A stretch of 64,000 nucleotides of DNA from Acanthaster planci (Eukaryota). A model generated the notes under the pieces. That model ran no database searches, was not told the DNA's origin, and saw only the letters and a list, made by a program, of their open reading frames with translations. Numbering within the stretch: position 1 is the stretch's first letter; each line of letters begins with the position of its first letter. The stretch spans positions 1,870,240 to 1,934,239 of the forward strand of contig NW_019091358.1 of assembly GCF_001949145.1 (NCBI RefSeq). The letters are read 5' to 3'. A program made the position numbers and the translations under genes. Positions 41,111-54,092 of the stretch are shown piece by piece.

Positions 41111-42766
41111 CAGTAAACACCAAAATTATTTATACCCCTTATAAATTTTAGATTTTTTGTGTTTTTCTAAAGAATGAAAGGTGGGCACATAATATTTGGG
41201 GCATAATTAAATACTTTTAGTTGTCAGGTATAAATGACTTAAAAGGCTTTGGTTTCACCTCATTTGCATAACAAAGAGAATACTACATTAATTAAATTCT
41301 GACATGCTCAGAATTATTCATACCAGAATTATTCATAGTTAATAGTCAATTGCAAAGCCCTTGTTCTTGATTACAGCGTCGAGGCGGTTTGTGTAGCTGT
41401 TTACTAGTGTATGGCACAGCTCCACGGGAATCTTGGCCCACTCTTCCTTGGGGAAGACCTCTAGCTCTTTCAGGTGTGAGGGCTTGTGGGCATGCACCTT
41501 GGTCTTTAGGGTTTTCCGAAGATTTTGATGGGATTCGGGTCTGGGCTTTTGGCTTGATCATGGTAGCACATCCACGTTGTTATCTTGGAACCATTTCTTG
41601 ACTGCCATTGCAGTATGCATACGATCATTGTCCTGTTGGTAGGTCAAGTTGGGGCCGAGATGGAGATTTTCCTGCAGAATCTGGATGTGCATGTACTGTA
41701 CCTTCTTCATAATTCCTTCTACTTTTACGAGATTGCCAGGCCCACTTCTAGGGAAACAACCCCGCAGCATGATGCTCCCACCTCCGAACTTCACGGTCGA
41801 CACAGTGGTCTTTGGGTTGAATGCTTCACTTTTCTTGCACCAAACGAAGGAAACATCCCTGTGGCCAAAGAGCTCCATTTTCATCTTGTCTGACCATAGG
41901 ACTGATGACCAAAAATGTTGATCCTTGTCTCAGTGCCCTCTAGCAAATGGGTGTCAAGCTTTTTGATGCCTGTGAGTGAGGAGAAGGGTCTTTCTTGGAC
42001 GACGCCCATGTAGCCCTTCCTTGTGCAGTGAGCAGCAGATTGTCTGGGCTGAAACCTTGATGCCCATCTCACCAAGTTGTCCTGAAGTGCCTTAATTGTT
42101 GTTACTCTGGGCTTGGAAAGAGCTCCTTGGCACACTTTCCTAACCAGATGAGGTGACACCTTCGGCTTCTGTCCACGCTTGCCGATGTTTCTCACAGTAT
42201 TGAACTTCTTGTACGTCTTGACGATGCAAATTTGTACTCTGAAGAGCTTGGAAATGGCTTTAAAGCCTTTTCCATTTTTGTGGGCATTCACAACACTCAT
42301 GCTGGAATCCTCACTGAGTTCTGTAGTTTTCGCCATGTTCTCAACAACTGAGGAAGACTCCGCGATTGCACTCTAGAAGCAGAATATTGACAATGACATT
42401 CCACAAATCAATTGAAATAGATAACATTTTTACCATACATGTATTCCTATTTGCATTGTAGCATATAATAAAAACAACATGCAGAATCTCTGAATGTCTG
42501 GAGCATGTGCATTTTGGAGGAATGTGGCCAAATACCATGACATGCAGAATGGGATGAATAATTCTGAGCATGTCAGAATTTAATTAATGTAGTAATCTCT
42601 TTGTTAGGCAAATGAGGTGAAACCAAAGCCTTTAGTCATTTATACCTGACAGCTAAAAGTATTTAATTATGCCCCCCAAATATTATGTGCCCACCTTTTA
42701 TTCTTTAGAAAAACACAAAAAAACCCTAAAATTTATAAGGGGTATGAATAATTTTGTTGTTAACTG
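41111..42766 (-). mobile_element. Tc1-like DNA transposon, full length, degenerate transposase
   Basis: ~210-bp TIRs (41111-~41321 and ~42554-42766; CAGT...ACTG) are flanked by TA. The minus-strand transposase starts at 42336 (MAKTTELSED..HKNGKGFKAISK..; TVKFGGGSIMLRGCF; YQQDND; SPDPNPI) and has frameshifts and stops. Confidence 0.95.
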
Positions 42767-45606
42767 TACATGTACCGTACATGTATGCATACATGCCCCA
42801 GTGCCTGACCTGGTGGGTGAATGTCACTCAGAGGGCGTGACTAATTTTCCGCTGAATGTGTACAATCCCTGCTCTGTATTAATGGAAGCACCTGAGCATG
42901 CATGAATGGTAAACGGTGCTGGCGGGTTCCAGCTCTGTCAGCCTTCATGCTTTGCTGTGAGCATGTCGTGGTGTGAATGGCAATAACCTGGGACCATATA
43001 CATGTACATGTACTCGTACATGTACGTGCTATACACTGTAACATTTTCACATTTACATGTACCACTTGTGCCATGAGTCACTACAGACAGCTCAGGAGCC
43101 CCAGGTGAAGATGGACCACTAATTGCAATCTGAACGCAATTTATCTAGAGATCTGATCAAAGTGGCATGCTGATAAATGCCAATGAGCTCTTTCTTAATT
43201 GATAGTTACATGTACTTGACATACATGTACATGTGTACATGTTCAAACATACATTGTACATATGTTCAAAAATACACATGTACACGTTACCGGTACTTCA
43301 TGTACATTGTACATAATGGTTTGAACTCAATTTCTGTTTACAATATGCCTGAATGTCCTTTTTTAAGATTAAAATTCCAAATCCCTCTCTTTTCGTCATT
43401 TGCCATCATTTTACATGCTTTTAGTCCATTTTTGTTCAAAATACATGTAAATGTGTAAAGACTCACAATGTACCTCCTTAAAGCTGACTCCTGCATGATT
43501 TTTCTACTACCTGTACACGTGAGGTGTACATAAGATGTTAAATGATGGGTTTTTTAATAATAAGTGTGCATATGAACCCTACTTAGCAAGTAATTAAAAA
43601 GGATTCTTGTTATTGAACCTACACTTTTTGACAAAACCACCCTGAAATTTAATGAGGAAACTTCGCCACACTATTATACATGTACATGTACATGTAGTTT
43701 GAATGAGGGGTGTGCATTTCCGGGTATTTTCAGATCCGGTTACCCATTTTTTGTCAACATCGGGTACCCGGCACAGGCCTAGTTTGAATGTAGTGCAAAA
43801 AAGGTTCACCTGACTTCTTAATGGACACAGCTGGTGCCCTTAAAATGTTTTTCACTTCACTTGAAACAAATGCCATCTAAGCTCTTTTGCTGCTATTTTT
43901 AACCAGTCAATTACATTAGCTGCACACATACAGTGTAAATCAAGTCCAAAAAAAATCCTACTTGTGTACCTACATGTACAATGTACATGTGTACCAGCCC
44001 TGTTTTAAGATGTCATATGCCATAAGAGGAAGCAATTCTATTTTTGGTCTTATAAAACATGAGCTTGAAATAGAACACTATGCTTTCTCCAATTATTTTA
44101 CCAAACATGGCTGTGTGTACTCCCCACGGAACATGGATACATAGATTCATTCCTGATGAATTTGGCCTTTTTAAAGTTTCAATAATAGATAATGACATCA
44201 CACCGAGGTAACACCACAGATTCTTGGTCATGTTTTGATCCTCAAATATAAACGTTTATTATTATGCCACATACATTTCCATATACTGTATGCATGCATA
44301 TCCGAAATGTCCATCATTTCCACCATAAAATACACCTAACCCATATGTACATGTACATATGTATGCAAATACACACACATTGTGCTTTTTTCACAATACC
44401 TGCATTGTTATCCAGGTCATATACGTACAGGTAGTTTGTTTTAGCAGGTTGTTTGGCCCAGCTGCAACAGAATCATTACTTCCCACCCTACAAGGTCTAC
44501 ATGTATCCATTTGCTCTTGATCCTTGGAGAGGGAAAAAGAAATTAATTTCCATCGAAGCTGTTCTCTGCCTTTTGTGCCTTCAAAACCTCGTCTAAAAAT
44601 GGACCTCTACTTAACTGTATGGGCAGTGTTTCACACGCAGATGGCAGGTACTTGCGCACAAACAAAATGGCTAAAAGGGAATGGCAATTACTGAGTGCCT
44701 TTCAAGTTACCGGGTAGCTGCGGCTACCAAGGGAATAATAATCAGATTTGGAGAAATTTTCTCTGCTGTCATTTTCTTTCTTATTCAATTTTTCTTTTGC
44801 CTGATTTACATGCAAGCTGTACTGGAAATCTTTGCAACATTCAGCACAAAAATGCTGTGCGCTGGAGTTGCCATTTCACTTTGTTACGTTTTTACGCATA
44901 CCGGTATGCGTACCGGTACCCCTGCAGCAATGTTTTCTACTATGACCACTTTCGGACTTTAATTCTTTTTTCAAGAATTGAGTCTTAACAACACTACATG
45001 TACTGAATGACTGATTGCAGCAAATTTATTTAATTTAGGTTAGAAATCTGACTTCAGTGTAAAGCAACAGTACTAAGGGACTCCTCTTTAACGCACATTC
45101 ATTAACACATGACATTCAAATATTATATGGATATCTACTTCATTATTTGTACAACAAATCACTGTTGTGCGGCTGGACTTTCGCCCATATGTGTACATGT
45201 ACATGTATACTTGCCCCACATTTCCGCTCTTGACAGACTGACACCACCCAAGTCCAAATGAGCAAACAAGCAGGTGTCTATACACATGATGTATACATGT
45301 ATGTAAATATTTGACGGGTGATGTACTGTACATGTATACAGCAAGAATAATTATGATTAGTGTGGTAATGTTAAATTGGTTCTTCTTGTGTGCTTGGGGA
45401 AATGTCAAATTAGCCAGAGCACATCACCGGGGTTATTCTTTGATGATACATGTACATGTATATCCAGACGATTTTGCTCATACATGTACATTGTACATGT
45501 ACCGGTACATGTACGTACATGTACATACTGTACATGTTTGTCACTCTAAGTCCCCTCCACCATTAGGGATCCTGCTGTCAGTGTCAGTCACCATTTTTGC
45601 CAACAG

Positions 45607-47840
45607 CAGGGTTGATAAAAAATCAAGATTTTTTTACAAATAAAAAACATCAGATTTCTAAAATTTAAATCAGTATTTTTTCATTTAAATCACTTTTTTT
45701 TTTAAATCGATCTCTGTATGAGTTGTCCAGAAGGCTTTGGTCCTTAAGTTCAAGGTATGAAATACCGTGTGATGACTAAATTGACCCACTGACTGCTGGG
45801 GTTAAGTTTATCATGTGTTGAACTGTTTATATCTAATTAAACACAAAAGTTTGCTAAGTCCAGTTAATTACTGGTACATGTACACACTAACTCCTCCTCC
45901 ATGCTTCATACATGTACATGTACAACATTTCGAGAGCCAGGTACTTGCATATACATGTACACATCTTTGGTGGTCCAATTTTCATGATATTTGGGTCTTT
46001 CCACACTAAAACATATTTACACATTTCTGTAACCAAAATCACCTCTTTCTTTAACAGTGATGAGAATCAAGAAATGAACTTTAACAATTTTACTGATATT
46101 TATATTTGTAGAGATACTGTACATGTATAGTTTACACAGTTTAATATCATTTGGTTGTTTGTTGCTAAAATAACCAGGATTTTAAATAAAATGTCCAGCT
46201 TATTTTAGGGGTTCTGGTTGGAAGTGCACATACATGTAACTGTGTCAATGCATGTTTTCAGGTTAATCTAAAATACCACTCTCATGGAGAAAAAGCAATT
46301 CATCTGTTAAACATGGCTATTACAGTGTAACATTTGAGAAATGTGTCAAAATCGACAGCTTTTGACATGTGTTTCTTTAAGTTTTCCTGAACAGGAATTA
46401 TGTATGTCACGATGTCTGTCCACAGAGTGACAAACATAAAAACCTCTAGGCTTATCTTGCCATTTTTTGAGGAGATACGGTAACCTCAACAAAAATATAT
46501 CTTCCTGAGAAAAGTTAAATTAACAATAATAGTTTGCATATTTGTGTTTTTTTATCAGATGACAAAACTAAGATTTGATTTTAGGAATCGTGAATGTCTT
46601 TCCACTATTCTGTAACATTTGTCACAACTACCGTACTTTCCCCCAAAAGTAAAAATCTTAGAAAACCTATATCTTTATGAGTGTACACATAAATCTATTA
46701 CGAAACCAAATTTAATAAAATAACAAACAATTCATTGAAAAAGTCGGTTCATTCTGCTAAAATGAAAGTGAGAAGACTGTCTGTCCCCAGGCTACATGAA
46801 TGTGACAAACGTTACATCTGTCCATGTTACAAACGTTACACATTGAGAAAAACTTACACAGTGTCATTTTAGCTGAAGTTTAATAGTTCTTTTAACAAAA
46901 ATGATTTTGAAAACTGAAAGCAAACAAGTTTGCTTCGTGAACAATTCTGTTTTTATGCTCTAATTCAAACACCACACAAATGTCTGTCCATATCAGCATT
47001 TGACAAACATGATGTCTGTCCGGTGTCCGTTTTCTTGAAATAAACTTCAGTGTTTACACTGGAATTATTTTTCTGAGACAATGAAAATTCCTAAAAGTAA
47101 ACTAAAAAAGAGTATTTAGTACTATGCAGGTAATTTTTTATTATGTTTTGAATTTCATTTTCATATTAGCCCTCCTAGTGTTTTAACCGTCAAAAACAGT
47201 CAAAAATTCCTTCCAATTGATTTCCCCCAGTACACAGACACAAGTATGGGAAATATGACTGATAGGACAACTGTGACAAGAATGCATCAAAGCATAGGAG
47301 GGTTAAAGCAACAAAGTGTCTGTGAAAACCATTATCTTCAAGAATCAACTGTAATTTCTCAAATACTGCTCAATTTATCTTTACATGTACCTTTCCCTCG
47401 CAACAATCAGAAACAGTGAAGGCAAATGTAGGCCAAAAATAATGGCAAAATTTACAGTTGGAAATTTGTCAAGCAAATGTGTCTTTTAGTGTGGACAGAC
47501 CCATTTGGTGGTTATACTGTTTAAATGCATGTAAATGTACATGTGTATAAATTAAATGGAATGGCTTTTGAATTCTTTACATGTACATGTCAGTCCTACA
47601 AAATAGAGAGTGCTGTACATCATGTCAAATAAGTGTAAAGAGAAACGTTATACACAAAATGACCCAATTCTGGTTGTGTGGAAATGTTTTAAAGGCATCA
47701 GTACAAATCCTGCCATTTCTTCCTTTCAAATACCCAAACAAAGTCAGGTGCATGTAATTTTCTTTAACCTGATTTTTGAATGATTTTTTTTAATAAAACA
47801 AATTACACGTAAATCATTTGATTGAAATCGAACAACCTTG
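45607..47840. mobile_element. Second, older copy of the hAT-type element seen at 4066, enlarged by nested sequence
   Basis: It starts CAGGGTTGATAAAAAATCAAGATTTTTT..AATTTAAATCA (as at 4066) and ends ..GATTGAAATCGAACAACCTTG. The flanks GCCAACAG and GGTGACAG match at only 5/8 positions. Confidence 0.55.
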
Positions 47841-50297
47841 GGTGACAGGGCGTTCCACAGCAAGTCATTAATTACAAACTTCAGTTGTAATCCTGAACAC
47901 ATGGTAATAAAATACATGTACAATGTACATGTACATAATATGTGAAGTTATTCAGCACAAAATAAATTACAATGTAAATGGCTGCAAAAATAAATGTAAC
48001 TCTACTAACAAATTCAACTTTTTCTCGAATTTGCTAGCTGGTATTCTGACGATTCATCTTGGCTAAGCATGGCATTACAATTAACATGATTAATATTAGA
48101 ATTTGTATTTATTTTTTGCTTCACTTGGTTTTGGTCGTTTTTTGTTTGGCTTTTTTTTCATGAAAGATCAAGAAGTTTGGATAGGGTCCATTTACATACA
48201 CGTGTGCAACTTGGTGCTCGTTCAATTAAGCAGACTGTACAACAGGCATGCCTAGCACCTCCAAATACATGTATGCGCACAGTCATTGGCTGTGCAAAAA
48301 AAGGGAAAAAACCGTGTTTGTATGGACAATGCATCATTTGCTTTATAATCACTGAGATGATCAAATTATATTTTTATCTACCAGGCCTAATAAGAGAGTT
48401 TTCCATCTTCCCCGTAATTTTGGCAGGGAAACGACAACTTTCAAAATCCTACAGAACATTACAATGTACCTCCATACTGGTGACAAATTGCAGTGCCTAC
48501 ACGTACACATGTACATTTACTTCGGCCGACTGCATAACTGCCAAAGATCGTGTAACTTGTATCGTAAAGGTACCTTTGTACATGTGCATGATTTCATACA
48601 TAACGAAACACGCAGCCTTTGTTTTGTACATGTACATGTATGCACATGTATATGGTATGCCAACTGTAGCATCTGTCCATGTTTTAGTTTAGTGTACATG
48701 TGCATGTAGATCCTGCTAGTGTATTTACACGTTACTTACAGTATGTACATTGTACATGTACATGTAAGTACTGGTACTGGTTCATGTTGTTGATGTTTAC
48801 ATGTATCTACATGTACATGTACTGTAGTTGATAACACACACTAGGCCAGCATTGCCAGAATGTGCAATACAAAATATGGCCCACTGCAGTCACTGGTATG
48901 GATCATTAATCCAGCCACCGGAATTAGTTCTAAGCCATTACTGTGCTGGCACCAACTTCACACAGGTGGGTAAGCAGGTGTTCCATGTAAGTAACTGCAG
49001 AGCTCCCACCAATTGGGTGTAATCACTCCAACGACTTACCAAAATGTGCACGTCTCTCAAGTTTAGGAACATACATGTATGTATGCACATGAGCGCGACA
49101 CCACTACAATAATCAAACAAAACTATTACTACATGTATTTGTTCGGCAGGTACATGTAATTTGCATTAATTCATCACTCTTGGAAATTAGAAATTAGAGA
49201 ATGTGTTCTGAACTTACAAAATCATATGACTGGGGCATGAAAAAAAAAGACCCCTACTTTCTGGAATTACCCATTCACAAGATGGCGTTCAGAACTTCAT
49301 GTACATATAGTGCAATTGGGGACAAAATAATTTATTTGCCTTAAAAGAAATCCTCCACAGCAACCAATCAAGAAAAGACAATGAAATATCCTGCTTTCTA
49401 ATGAACATACCGGCAGGACTCAATTTAAAACAGTAAAAGGATAATCTGGTGACTTTCAGGGATTTGACAAAAATTTGAATTTGAAATGGCCTGGGCTGGG
49501 TCTCAAAATTAATCCTTGGCCCTTGTGTCCTGATGGGGGTCAGTGCTAGTTCTGCACCTTTTAATCACACTGCTCACATGATAACTTGGTCACAAACAGA
49601 GAATTTAATCATTCGATGGTATCGATTCAATGCCGACACTAAAATAAAAAGTGCAACTGGAAGAAGGCAAAACTACATACATGTACATTCCCAATATTAT
49701 GCTAAACAAAGAAACTAAATAGTGTAATCTCAAATTTATATCAATGGCCTTGATCCAAAACAAACTTTAACTAACTTAAGGCACAAGGAAAGATAACATG
49801 GAAATGCTGGCTAAAACAGAAACAGTTCCAATAACTTCCATACACGTGTACAGACAACACTAATTTTCCCTTAAAATGTTATAACAGCCGTCAGAAAGTG
49901 AGAACATATCCCAAAAAGCGAAATTTAGCTAAGAAAATTCCAAAGCAATTAGGCCTTCTTAGAAAACAGTTTTTTCAGACAAGTCTCTATACTAGGTTTG
50001 TACACGGGGGTATCAAGTGTTGTCCGTACATGTATATGGAACTCTTTCCGCTAAAACTTAACCCTCTTACACTAGGGCCCAGGCTTATTTTCTTGATTTT
50101 GCCAGAGGTAGGAACTCAGGCAGCAGTCATGAAGGTTATGGTAATTGGAATAAATTAGAATTAATACTGCCGATGATGTTCCATGTTGTATAACGTAGTG
50201 TGTACACATGTGTACATGTACATGTACATTAAATAAGTACGTATTGTACTGTACATACTGTACATGTACATGTAGTAACCAGTGACGTTAGGCCTAC

Positions 50298-50482
50298 CTT
50301 GGAGTTTCCTCGATTCGTTTCCCCTGTAAAGTGTGCACATCAGAGCCACATATCGTGGCCAGTCGGATTTTGGCAAGAACTTGCCCCGGTTCAATCTGTG
50401 GTATAGCTGAGCTGTCCACGATATACTGAGGGCATTTCCGGGCCCCTAGGAAAACAGCCCGTTTGCACATGTCGTGTGCCAT
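50298..50482 (-). CDS. Zn-dependent MDR alcohol dehydrogenase, exon 1 (start; catalytic Zn Cys in ICGSD)
   Basis: ATG at 50482. The exon reads MAHDMCKRAVFLGARKCPQYIVDSSAIPQIEPGQVLAKIRLATICGSDVHTLQGKRIEETP, with donor AG|GTAGG in phase 2. The joined CDS is 185+163+210+133+50+145+188 = 1074 nt, or 357 aa, with no internal stop. Confidence 0.92.
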
Positions 50483-50763
50483 TCCTGCTGTGCTGACATT
50501 CACCGCGAGCAAACAGGAATCAGTGAAAATCCCCTTCCGCCTGAACGAGGAGTGTGCCTCCTGTGTTCTAGTATGTGGGACGACACACGCACATTGTTGA
50601 TTTAGCTCGCAGCTTTGCAACAAACTCAACCTTGAGTTTTCGCTGGTAAGTCATCATTGGGTACCCAACAAGAGGCGCCGTGATCAGGGAACCAGCGAAT
50701 TATGGTCAAACAACTCGATGAATTTCTAACAAGTGCCAAGAGAGTACCCTTTTTGAGGCCGTG

Positions 50764-50819
50764 ATTGGTCGAAAGTGGCGGTACTAATTGATTGATTATC
50801 AAGACAACTTGCTGATTGG
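50764..50819 (-). promoter_or_regulatory. Candidate CCAAT boxes upstream of the ADH gene
   Basis: Two ATTGG (CCAAT on minus) at 50764-50768 and 50815-50819, about 300 bp upstream of the ATG in CpG-retaining sequence. Confidence 0.3.
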
Positions 50820-52685
50820 AATGAGTCCCTTTGACTGGAACGGCACTGCTAAGTTCTGCAAAAAGCAGATAACGCTCGGTAATATACATGTACTTCTGTG
50901 GGGTAAAACACAGTATTTAGAGAGGGCGCTGTTCACAGTGCCGTCTTAATTCTCCAGCAGCAATACACAACATATTATTACATGTACATGGAAATGGATC
51001 ATCGGTTATCCTGTCACATAGCGACCAGAATTAGTTTGTGCTCTCTTCCCCCATCGTTCTTTTCATGAGTATATAATCGCCTTTCAGGCTACACATTCCT
51101 CAAGTAGGAAGTTGGGCTGAACAGCTGCAGTGAAGAGGTAATTCTGACAGTTTTAAGTTCAATGTTACCAATTTAAAAAGTCAGTGATTATAATTAACCT
51201 AAAAAAAAAACCTAAAAAAATTCCTATTTAAAAGGTAGTGAAAAGAGAAATTGTGCTATTCTCTTACAGTGATTGGACATCTGGAACGGAAAGTTGGTCG
51301 GAGTTACGGAGTTTATTTAATCTCATTGGAGGAAGCTTGTCTCTATGTCTCTATAGCTTGTCTCTTCATATAATGAAGAGGAATCGAACTTGGTTAGAGG
51401 TGATGCCATTGTAGAGGCTAAACGACTGCCAAACCAAAGCGTTTGTAACCACCATCTCTCGCTTGTGATGAACATCACAGTTTCACCTTTTTTAAGTTAT
51501 AAAAACTACCCGTTCTGCTCGTTAATTAGTAATGACAGGTCAGTGGGGGATAGCATCATCCCATTAACTAAAATGTAATCCGTCGCCTTAACCATCATCC
51601 GCTTATCCAATCGATCTGATGCTTTTAAAATATTTTCATTTCAACTACGAGCTCGCTCGAGCTACAGGATACGGGAGAACACGTACCGCCTCAGGCAAGA
51701 ATCTGTTTTTCATTGTTTCGTCCTGGTGAGAAAACATTTGGTTAATTGATCGTCAGTGGTGATTATGAGGCGCGGACATCCGGGAGTTTAGCAAAATGGC
51801 GGGTATAATAGCAACAACACCGCGCCAATGGAAACAGCTGCAACGAACGCGCGCGTGTGCACTGTAATCCGGCCCTCTGAATGGCTGGTACACGCATACG
51901 TCGCCATGGTCACTATTTTCATTGGTTACTATCCGCCATTTTGCGAGAGTCCCAGATGTCCGCGCCGCCCCACGTTGCAAATGGTACTGAGCCGAGTGCT
52001 AACCATGATGTACATGTACTTTCCATACATAGCCCGCAACTGTTTTGTCAGGACTGCTCTTTTATGAGTATCCAAGTTAAGTCAGGATTGATGGACCCCT
52101 CCACGCACCTATACTTAGCGGTTTTTCTGGGGGGGGGGCAAGGAAGGGTAACTTGCTTATCACTGATTTTTTAATGGTATTTTCTTACAGAGGCGTCAAT
52201 AAGTACGCAAAAAGAAACAAGAACAAAATATGTTTACAGCGATTTATGGTTAAAATGTTTGGACTGAATATCAGAACAGCAAAGCTTTCGACTTCCACCC
52301 CACTCACCCAACACCAATAGCTGAATACACTGCTACCCATACTGGGCAGAGAGACAGAAAAAAAAGGAAAAAGAAAAACCGTAAACCTTTTCCATTAAAT
52401 CAGGAACTGAATTGCAGTAAGTAGTCATTGTGACAAACCGCATCAGCTAATTCGAGAAAGCCGTTATCGTTGAAAGAAACAAACCCTACGCCTCAATGTT
52501 AGCTTGATGCATTTGCAGATCCAGCATTAACAACATGAAGCGGTTCGCCCGGCATTCACGAACGGGGCGTAAGTAAGAAAATCGAGGTGACATCCAAGCA
52601 CACGAGCGGGGCATTATTTTCTGATAACAGTTAACAGCAACAGAAAAATAGTGATACCAGAAATGCTGTGTTGTATTAAAAGCGA

Positions 52686-52870
52686 AACAAACAAACAAAC
52701 AAACACCCCAACACCCCCCAACACCCCAACAAACAAACAAACAAACAACCCAACAAACAAACAAACAAACAAACAAACACCCCAACACCCCAACAAACAC
52801 CCCAACAAACAAACAAACAAACAACCCAACAAACAAACAAACAAACACACACACAGAAAACAGCAAACAA
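52686..52870 (+). repeat. (AAAC)n / CA-rich compound microsatellite
   Basis: Direct inspection; it explains the spurious VCLF/TNKQ ORFs. Confidence 0.95.
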
Positions 52871-54092
52871 AATTATGCGCGCTATTATTATATCAACAAA
52901 TTATGCGGTAGCTTTTCCTCCAAATCAACTTGAAAAGTGCCTAAATTTTGATTTCAGCCCAGGGGAGGTGAAATGTACAGTGTTAGTCCCGCGGTGGGCA
53001 TATAACTCTGAGTCATGAGTTGAAGTGCGCCTGATTTGCTCCGAGATCGGGCTCCCGCCGCCAGTAGCTTTACGTGTTTTAAACAAGAGTTTGCCTCATC
53101 TCAAAAGGCAGATCAGTTCATTTTAAACTCATTTTCAAAAAATATTCTACGCTTACTGGATTACCACCGTATATAGCAACCCACTCTCTGGAGATAGCAA
53201 CATACTGCTTGGCTGCGAATAGTAATGAATGCATACCAATACTGTAACACAAAAAAGGAATTCCCACAGTCAGAATTACCACTGAAATATATGCTATAAA
53301 ATAATAAAAAGAAGAGAAACTATTTCCAGCTAAATGAGTGCATATTTATCACAAAAGTCAAGTGAATTATCTTCGCATATGATGACTGTCTATCCCTCCA
53401 AAATAGATTCCATTACCTTCAAAGTCGGTGATGACGCACACCTGTATTTGGCTATCATTCCTACATGTGTGGTATATACATGCATGTTGGCTCGAAATGA
53501 ACCAATAAACCAAAAGTCCAGGTTAAAAAGTAGCTACCCAAATTCGGCGTCGAATTCACAGGAATTTTGTGATTGGCAATTGTCCTAATGCGTCGCTGAA
53601 AAACCCTGACACCAAGTCTCGCTGGTATGAAGCTGGTTGATGGATGTCTGGCCGGTCCGCAGTCTTTAATCGATAGGTAAGTGTTCTTTTCTCGGACAAT
53701 GGGGCAAAGGCAGGCCGGTCATGATGAGAGGGTTGGGCACGGCACTTTGGTAGTCTCTGCAACAAAAGCAGACCAAACAAACGCCTTACACTGTGTCCAG
53801 GGCCAGCCTTTCTAAGGAGGAGGAAAGCTTAGAGGGCCAGGGAGTAATTTATCACCTTGCTCATCAATATTCATGGCATCTTCACTCTTATCACCCACTT
53901 GACAGCGGCTTGACAGACACGGCAGACGATCTGATCAGTTTGTTTTAAAACCTGAGAAAAATCGAAGTCATCAAATCAGTCCACACATCGTGAGTGATGA
54001 GTCTCGTCATCAACTCGCACGTGTGAATTCCTTCAACTTCTCTAAAGAGCAAAGATCGCCGATTGGATTTAAAATTTTTTTACAAAATTAAA

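Noticed and set aside
43177..48709. ORFs rich in YMYM/TCTC/HVHV
   Set aside because: These peptides are simply the reading frames of (TACATG)n in intron 1.
52486..52911. VCLF/TNKQ repetitive ORFs
   Set aside because: They are translations of an AAAC microsatellite.
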